Source: a virus (Duplodnaviria > Caudoviricetes). Taken from it: 64,000 nucleotides of DNA. The notes beneath the pieces were generated by a model. That model ran no database searches. It was not told the origin of the DNA and worked only from the letters and a program-made list of their open reading frames with translations. The stretch's first letter is position 1. The number at the start of each line of letters is the position of its first letter. The DNA is taken from positions 1 to 64,000 of the IMG/VR virus record IMGVR_UViG_3300017991_000056, one strand, 5' to 3'. The translations under genes were made by a program, and so were the position numbers. Shown piece after piece: positions 59,534 to 64,000 of this stretch.

Positions 59534-59911
59534 ATGAACGATGCGGCAATGGATGGAAACCCCCTCAAGAGGGTTTTGATACTTGACGACGACAGAAAGC
59601 TCCGAGATATCATGTCGAGGATCGTGAGGCGTCTCGGCATGGAGCCGTTTTCGACCGACGACGGAAGGGCGGCGATCCATGAGCACTCGGAGAGGCGGTT
59701 CTCCGCTATGTTCGTCGACCTTCTGATGCCGAAGATGCGAGGCGAGGAGTTCATCTTGGAGGCGCGCCAGGTCAATGGGAGTCCGGATCGGCCCTTGGTG
59801 GTCGTGATGACGGGACTCCAGGACGTGACGCTGGCGGGCCTCGACGTTGACGGCGTTATCCTGAAGCCTTTCGGGGTCCGCGAGGTCGCGAAGGTGCTTG
59901 AGGAGATATAG
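59534..59911 (+). CDS. Single-domain response-regulator receiver (CheY-like)
   Basis: VLILDDD, FVDLLMPKMRG, VVMTG and ILKPF; all catalytic residues present. Confidence 0.88.
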   Translation: MNDAAMDGNPLKRVLILDDDRKLRDIMSRIVRRLGMEPFSTDDGRAAIHEHSERRFSAMFVDLLMPKMRGEEFILEARQVNGSPDRPLVVVMTGLQDVTLAGLDVDGVILKPFGVREVAKVLEEI

Positions 59912-59920
59912 GAGGCGGAC

Positions 59921-60214
59921 ATGAGCCCGTTGACCCAGGCGGAGAGGATGTCTCGGCTGCTCCAGGTATACGGAGGGTGGGGTATGTGCGCGATACTGAT
60001 CATTGGCATCGTCGCCCTCTACTGGAGCATGGGAAGGGTGATATCCCAGCAGAACGCCCAGCTCCAGGCCCTCCTGCGGGAGACGGCTACGGTCTTGGCG
60101 GAGGCCAGGGATACCAATCGCGATGTCGCGGAGACCAACAGGACGACCAGCAACACGCTGGAGAGGGTGGGTCCTCAGCTCGTTGTCCTTGAGCAGCTCC
60201 AGCGAAATCGCTAG
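59921..60214 (+). CDS. Single-TM plus coiled-coil membrane protein (holin/BhlA-like)
   Basis: YGGWGMCAILIIGIVALYW followed by a heptad-rich tail. Confidence 0.55.
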   Translation: MSPLTQAERMSRLLQVYGGWGMCAILIIGIVALYWSMGRVISQQNAQLQALLRETATVLAEARDTNRDVAETNRTTSNTLERVGPQLVVLEQLQRNR

Positions 60215-60224
60215 GAGGATTGAG

Positions 60225-60767
60225 ATGACTTTGACACTGAGGTCGGGGTTCGTGAGTGGGTTGAGGGATCTCGACAGCGAACTGCGAAACTTCTTTGCTG
60301 CCTCGACGTCGTACCGGGCGGCTTCCGGCAGGGGGAGTGTCATCCTGATCCTGGATGAGGACGAGGAGCTGGGCCGGCTTGTCAGGTTCCTGGCGGACCG
60401 GACGAAGATGGAGGTGCGCGTGGTGTGCATGTCGGACCCGCGTGCCGCCAGGAAGTTTATCGAGGATTCCGGCGAGTCGTCCGTGAAGGCGGTCATCGTC
60501 GACGTCGAGCTGCTGAGCGGGACGGGCGCGTCGTTCTACTCGTGGGTTCGGAGTGAGGAGCCTGACGTGCCGATCTTTATGAAGGGCACGAGGAAGCAGA
60601 TAGTTGAGTTCACCGGCAACGGCAACGGCAGCGGCAACGGCAATGGCTGGAGGTTCGGGACGTTCGTCCTGGAGGACACGACGGACATGGACTATGTCAG
60701 GGCGCTGGGGTTCCCGAGCAGGTGTGACAAGCTCGTGCGGGAGTTCCGGCACGAGCATGCCGGATGA
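60225..60767 (+). CDS. Atypical receiver-domain protein
   Basis: AGGAGG RBS; VILILDEDE, VIVDVELLSGTG and PDVPIF; the conserved T and K-P are not evident. Confidence 0.65.
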   Translation: MTLTLRSGFVSGLRDLDSELRNFFAASTSYRAASGRGSVILILDEDEELGRLVRFLADRTKMEVRVVCMSDPRAARKFIEDSGESSVKAVIVDVELLSGTGASFYSWVRSEEPDVPIFMKGTRKQIVEFTGNGNGSGNGNGWRFGTFVLEDTTDMDYVRALGFPSRCDKLVREFRHEHAG

Positions 60768-60786
60768 GTGAACAGGAGGTGTCGAG

Positions 60787-61026
60787 ATGCCGACGGACAG
60801 AAGCAACGTGACCAACAAGCAGCAGAGCGACCTCGAGGAGGCGGAGTTCGACGGGGGCTCGCCGGTCTTCGTCGAGCAGAGGACCAGGGTCGTGGCCAAG
60901 GGCGTGCAGACGGCGTCCTACAGGACCGCGAATGCCGGGTCGACCATCCGGAACAACGCCGGCGTGTGCATGCCGCACGACGACGTCCCGGGTCGTTTCG
61001 TGGAGACGAGCCAGGGCAAGCCGTAG
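60787..61026 (+). CDS. Hypothetical protein
   Basis: AGGAGGT RBS; 79 aa. Confidence 0.6.
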   Translation: MPTDRSNVTNKQQSDLEEAEFDGGSPVFVEQRTRVVAKGVQTASYRTANAGSTIRNNAGVCMPHDDVPGRFVETSQGKP

Positions 61027-61041
61027 TCCGAGGAGAGTCGC

Positions 61042-61596
61042 ATGCAGGAGGAGCCCAGGAAGAGCGGGAAGGTCTTGATTGCCAAGGCGGTCGGCCTTGG
61101 AGGTTGCCTTGTTGCCTTGCTCGGGTTCTTCGGCGAGCAGACCTGGAGCCAGTTCGTCGGGATGCGGAGCGGCATCCATACGCTCGATGCCAGGCTTGCT
61201 GGCGTCGAGGGCAGGCTGGATGACAGGGACGGCGACAGGAGAGAGGACTCGGCCCAGTGGAGAGCCTTGAACAAAGCCGACCAGCGACTGGCAGAGGTCT
61301 TCATTCGGGTCAGGGTGGTCGAGGAGCTCATCAGGCATCATGACGTCCTGGGGCGCGCGGGGCGGCACGGCATGGCCGAGCCGGAGAAGGCTGCCGAGGA
61401 GCTTCCTCCGCCTCCTCCGCCTCCCCCGGAGTCCGATCCGGAGTCTTTGGAGCAGGCCGAGGAGACGCGGATGGCGCCCGAGCGGCAGAGGGCGCTCATG
61501 AACGAGGTTCGCACGATGAGGTCGATGAGGCGTGGCGACAGCGAGTACCGAAGCGACATGATGCGCCAGCAGCCGGCGAACAAGGGAGACATGTGA
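61042..61596 (+). CDS. Membrane protein with coiled coil and poly-Pro stretch
   Basis: N-terminal hydrophobic segment AVGLGGCLVALLGFFG. Confidence 0.6.
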   Translation: MQEEPRKSGKVLIAKAVGLGGCLVALLGFFGEQTWSQFVGMRSGIHTLDARLAGVEGRLDDRDGDRREDSAQWRALNKADQRLAEVFIRVRVVEELIRHHDVLGRAGRHGMAEPEKAAEELPPPPPPPPESDPESLEQAEETRMAPERQRALMNEVRTMRSMRRGDSEYRSDMMRQQPANKGDM

Positions 61597-61874
61597 TGTC
61601 CTTGTCACTTGCGGCCGGAACCGTTCTGGGGAAGCTCCTCAAGAGCCTCGTGGAGGGCGTGTATTGCATCTTCAGCAAGGAGCGCAGGCGCATGAGGGCG
61701 GAGAAGGCGGAGGCCCTCATGAAGGCCAACGAGAGCGTCGAGGAGAGCCTGGACGTGGAGAAGGCGGTCAGGGACAAGCAGGACGCGGTCGACAAGCCCG
61801 GGAGCAGGTCGGACGTCGAGGACAAGGATGGCGGCCTGGGCTTCGGATCGTTCAACGACGGGGACGGCAAATGA
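61593..61874 (+). CDS. Possible inner-membrane spanin-like protein
   Basis: Hydrophobic N-terminus plus charged helix; overlaps the downstream lipoprotein gene. Confidence 0.45.
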   Translation: MMSLSLAAGTVLGKLLKSLVEGVYCIFSKERRRMRAEKAEALMKANESVEESLDVEKAVRDKQDAVDKPGSRSDVEDKDGGLGFGSFNDGDGK

Positions 61875-62155
61875 ACAAGCGCGCGATCATCTTGCTCTTG
61901 CTCCTGGCTCCGTTTTGCCCGAGCTGTACCACCTACTACCAGAACCGGTTCCCCGTCCTGGAGCGCCCCGAGAGGCCGCGGCTGGCCGACGTCCCGGCCG
62001 CGGAGATGACGAAGATGGGGGAGCAGGCCAGGCACGACGTCGCGGGCAACTTCAACTCCTTGATAGACTACGCCAGGAAGCTGGAGGTCGCCATTGACGA
62101 GTACAACGTCTTCGCGACCAGGAAGAACAGGCAGTTCAGGGAGGGCGGCCCATGA
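61871..62155 (+). CDS. Lipoprotein, possible outer-membrane spanin
   Basis: MNKRAIILLLLLAPFCPSC signal peptide/lipobox, Pro-rich segment, then helix; start ATG 61871. Confidence 0.6.
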   Translation: MNKRAIILLLLLAPFCPSCTTYYQNRFPVLERPERPRLADVPAAEMTKMGEQARHDVAGNFNSLIDYARKLEVAIDEYNVFATRKNRQFREGGP

Positions 62156-62793
62156 GTTTCCGGAAGCCGAGCGGCAGGATGGAGAGGACGATCTTCGACG
62201 AGCTGGTCAGCAAGACCAACGCCTTCGGGGCCAGGTGGTTCACCGTGGCCGACCTGGCGGGCGACGTCGGGGCCGAGGGGCGGGAGGCCGCGACCTCCCT
62301 CTTCAGGAAGGCGCTGGCGGAGCGCCGGGACGGCAGGGGCGGCATGGAGCTGAGGCTCCCGCTGGACGTGCACGAGAGGCTGTACGAGCCCAGGATCGCC
62401 CGGAGGGTGGCGAGGAGGTTTGCTGGCGATGATGACGAGTTGTACGACGCCGTGACCGACTTCCTCTCGACCCATCCCGAACCGGATGACAAGGTCTTTC
62501 ACGAATGGGCCGAGGCTCATGGCTATGACACGCACGAGGCCGAGGCCGCGGCCTACAAGCTGGCGACTAAGGCGGCCAACTTCCTCAAGGGCGGGAGGGC
62601 CAGTGCGGTTGGTTTCACAAGGGAAGATGCCGATCCCGACGAGCTGGCCATGGGCATCGAGATCGAGTACGAGCACACGCCAGATAAGTCCACGGCTCAG
62701 AGGATCGCTCTCGACCACCTGGCCGAGCTGGACGACTACTACACCAGGCTCAAGGCCATGGAGGCCGAGGGCGAGGATGAAGGGGACGACTGA
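62152..62793 (+). CDS. DUF5661-like phage protein
   Basis: DPDELAMGIEIEYEHT...A.RIALDHLAE.DDYYTRLKAME. Confidence 0.75.
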   Translation: MSFRKPSGRMERTIFDELVSKTNAFGARWFTVADLAGDVGAEGREAATSLFRKALAERRDGRGGMELRLPLDVHERLYEPRIARRVARRFAGDDDELYDAVTDFLSTHPEPDDKVFHEWAEAHGYDTHEAEAAAYKLATKAANFLKGGRASAVGFTREDADPDELAMGIEIEYEHTPDKSTAQRIALDHLAELDDYYTRLKAMEAEGEDEGDD

Positions 62794-63473
62794 TGAACGG
62801 GATCAGGCTGGCATCTGAGCTGGTGACGCTGGCGAGGGAGATCGCGGCCAAGAGGATCACGGTCCACTACGATGCCGTCGACGGCTATCACGAGAAGCGG
62901 TCGTACTCGACGGTCGAGAAGGCGCGCAACTACGCCTGGAAGTGGGTTGGCAAGCATCCCGAGGTTGGTTTCGGGTATGCCGTGTCGACAGACGGCGTTG
63001 GCAAGGTCTCGGTGGACGGCATCACCATCGAGGAGTTGTTTCGCACGTCCGCCGACGAGAAGCGCCTGGAACGCGAGGAATACGAGAGCAACCTCAAGCG
63101 GGCCAAGGGGTTGTTCGCCGAGATTGCGAAGGTCGTGGCGAAGCCGGCTGTCGCGGTCTTGAAGAAGGCCGGACTGGACAATGTCAAGTCCGAGACCAGC
63201 TGGGACCGGAACGGCGGGTTCGTGACCGTTCACGGTGACCTGCCGGGGTGGACGAGGGGCAGCAACAACATGCTCCTTCAGGTTTTCGTGAACTACGAGC
63301 CGCAGGCCATCGGCAGGTTCTACGTCTTCTGGCGCGTGCTCGACAGGGAGAACACGATTTACGGCGACCTGGACTTCGATCCGAGGAGGTTGCGAGGGTT
63401 GGACAGGCTCCTGAAGGAGAAGGTCGACGAGAAGATCACAGAGAACCTAACAAAGACTCTCGGGAGAATGTGA
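62793..63473 (+). CDS. Hypothetical protein with N-terminal LASELVTLAREI motif
   Basis: TGATG-coupled ORF of 226 aa. Confidence 0.7.
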   Translation: MNGIRLASELVTLAREIAAKRITVHYDAVDGYHEKRSYSTVEKARNYAWKWVGKHPEVGFGYAVSTDGVGKVSVDGITIEELFRTSADEKRLEREEYESNLKRAKGLFAEIAKVVAKPAVAVLKKAGLDNVKSETSWDRNGGFVTVHGDLPGWTRGSNNMLLQVFVNYEPQAIGRFYVFWRVLDRENTIYGDLDFDPRRLRGLDRLLKEKVDEKITENLTKTLGRM

Positions 63474-64000
63474 TGGATGACAGGCCAGCCATAGCGGTCG
63501 ACCTGGACGGGACGATCCTGTCCTACGACCCGCCGGCCTATCCGGGGCTGGGCGAGCCGTTGCCGGGCGTGATAGAGGCGTTGACGGCCCTTCGGGACAT
63601 CGGCTATAGGATCATCGTGCACACCTGCCGGCTGAGGGGCGCGCCGGAGGAGGTCGGGGCCGAGGCGGCGAGGATAGCGGCGCACCTGACGGAGCGTGGC
63701 GTTCCGTTCGACGAGCTTTTTCTGCCAGGGGCCGGCAAGCCGATGGCGGAGTGGTACATTGACGACAAGGCCGTCGCCTTTCGGGGCGACTGGGATGAAG
63801 TGCTGGAGGAGATTGTGGAAGCTGACATTTCGAGGATGGCGAGCAGGGTGGCCTCGGCCTTCCTGACCGAGTTCGAGAAGGACCTGAAGTCGCGCGAGAA
63901 CAAGAAGACCGCCGGGGCCCGGGTGGCGGCCGACTGGGCCGTGAGGTTCGTCGACGACGCCATCGGCTCGATCCGCGAGCTGGAGACGAGGGCGCTGCCG
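63473..64000 (+). CDS. HAD-superfamily phosphatase-like N-domain of a longer protein running off the window (not in the ORF track)
   Basis: MDDRPAIAVDLDGTI..PLPGVIEAL..IIVHTCR..GKPMAEWYIDDKA; open to base 64000. Confidence 0.85.
   Translation, partial: MDDRPAIAVDLDGTILSYDPPAYPGLGEPLPGVIEALTALRDIGYRIIVHTCRLRGAPEEVGAEAARIAAHLTERGVPFDELFLPGAGKPMAEWYIDDKAVAFRGDWDEVLEEIVEADISRMASRVASAFLTEFEKDLKSRENKKTAGARVAADWAVRFVDDAIGSIRELETRALP

Overview
The window is a 64-kb slice of a large, high-GC tailed-phage genome with no host housekeeping genes, and every credible gene is on the + strand. The long minus-strand ORFs are shadows of repetitive or GC3-rich genes. It carries a head-morphogenesis module resembling that of the Bxz1-like large myoviruses: terminase, portal, intein-interrupted prohead protease, acidic scaffold, decoration protein and major capsid protein. 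Three very long Gly-X-Gln collagen-like fibre genes and a ~575-residue Pro-Thr mucin-like protein are interleaved with surface-chemistry enzymes (a KpsS-like/GT9 fusion and a sulfotransferase), and a methyltransferase/GT-D fusion lies further downstream. Other genes include a topoisomerase IB-SprT fusion, a NusG-like factor, a sigma region-4-like factor, and a probable lysis cassette containing two receiver domains. An RNA operon has a promoter, boxA, two unannotated highly structured RNA domains, tmRNA, tRNA-Arg(CCU) and a half-tRNA. The best leads are (1) the unannotated structured RNAs ahead of the tmRNA, (2) a probable glycosylated or sulfated collagen/mucin virion coat, (3) a short R-V-A-R-x-F / ASEL..AR motif shared by many unrelated proteins near the head genes, a possible capsid-targeting signal, (4) a five-copy AT-rich late-promoter motif, and (5) the TopIB-SprT fusion. 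All family assignments come from motif recognition by eye; no database search was run.
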